A stretch of 64,000 nt of DNA, from NCBI RefSeq assembly GCF_006345805.1, contig NC_043000.1, positions 17,546,001-17,610,000 of the forward strand. Direction: 5' to 3'. The position numbers and the translations under genes were made by a program. The notes beneath the pieces are model-generated. The model was not told where the DNA came from. It worked only from the letters and a program-made list of their open reading frames with translations, and made no database searches. This DNA is from Octopus sinensis (lineage: Eukaryota). This document shows, piece by piece, positions 63,226 to 64,000 of the stretch. Every line of letters starts with the position of its first letter. Position 1 is the first letter of the stretch.

Positions 63226-64000
63226 ATATATATATATATATATACACAATTCCAGCATGGAAGGTGTTTATAAGCCATTTAAAAAGACACAAAAAAAACG
63301 TTAGATTCTCTTCAACATTTAAATTTAATTTGTCAAAATATTTTTGTCACCTTGAAACCGTGACCTGTTCACTGACAAAATTCCATGCTACAACAGACTT
63401 CATTTAGATTCCATCTACCAAATCTACTCACACAAAACTTTGCTCAGCCTGCGACTACAGTGCAAGACACTTGCCCAAGGTGCAACGCAGTGGGACTGAA
63501 CCTGGAACCATGTTATTGGGAAGTAAATTTCTTGCCACACGACATATCTCAAAATGCACCCCAGGAAACTAATACAAGTAAAATTTTCATAGCGATAACA
63601 ACTCATCTCTGAAATACAAAACAGACAATGACAGCATCCTACTCTCCATTTGCAGCAGACAATAATAGTTCAGTTCCAGCAAAAACTTAGTAAGTCATGG
63701 CCATTATTTCAGTGATTAATAGTAATGACTGTATTACTGTACAAAGAGCAGACTTCAGATTAAACTTCCTGCAGCTGATACAGAGGAAGGACTACTAATA
63801 GTTTCTTATTAACAACAGATTTCTTGCATATGCAAATGACAACAACAGCAACGAAAACAATTTGACCCTCATAAATAGACACTTGACCTGTTCTGCTCTG
63901 TATCACTTTTAAGGCAGACACACATTCAAAGCCAGAACTATCTTTCAAAGCTGCAATCTCTGCTGATGCCTTAGTTATTCATTTATTTATCTATTTATTG

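Noticed and set aside
1-64000. Most ORFs in the supplied track (poly-YI, CV, HT, DDD and HHH peptides, and recurrent SINE translations such as RHLPKVPRSGTEPGTMW)
   Set aside because: They are translations of microsatellites or of non-coding SINE/LINE UTR sequence and recur wherever the repeat recurs.

Overview
This is AT-rich eukaryotic DNA, dense in microsatellites and transposons. The tRNA-headed SINE families and overall repeat landscape suggest an octopod cephalopod (inference). No host protein-coding gene can be identified with confidence; there are only low-confidence micro-exon candidates, and almost all ORFs in the supplied track are microsatellite or SINE artefacts. Recognisable elements: a full-length but decayed mariner (25238-26516), mariner, hAT-like and pogo-like MITEs, non-autonomous Helitrons plus a Helitron helicase remnant, an internally deleted Ty3/Gypsy, many RTE LINE 3' ends, R4/Dong-like and L2/CR1 RT remnants, and about 40 SINE copies in at least four families. 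The main hidden signal is a set of type I hammerhead ribozyme motifs in short AT-rich Penelope-like or retrozyme-like repeats. One copy has an intact core and all three helices (45549-45645, minus strand). Two are minimal U3-A8 covariant forms, several have greatly extended stem II, and one lies in a 472-bp partial tandem. Related sequences form fold-back palindromes at 37.8-38.7 kb. Other points of interest are 2x2 head/tail module shuffling among SINEs, a pre-miRNA-like hairpin, and repeated inversions and duplications with breakpoints in (AT)n tracts. Repeat boundaries were read by eye and are approximate to about 10-20 nt unless TIRs or TSDs are quoted.
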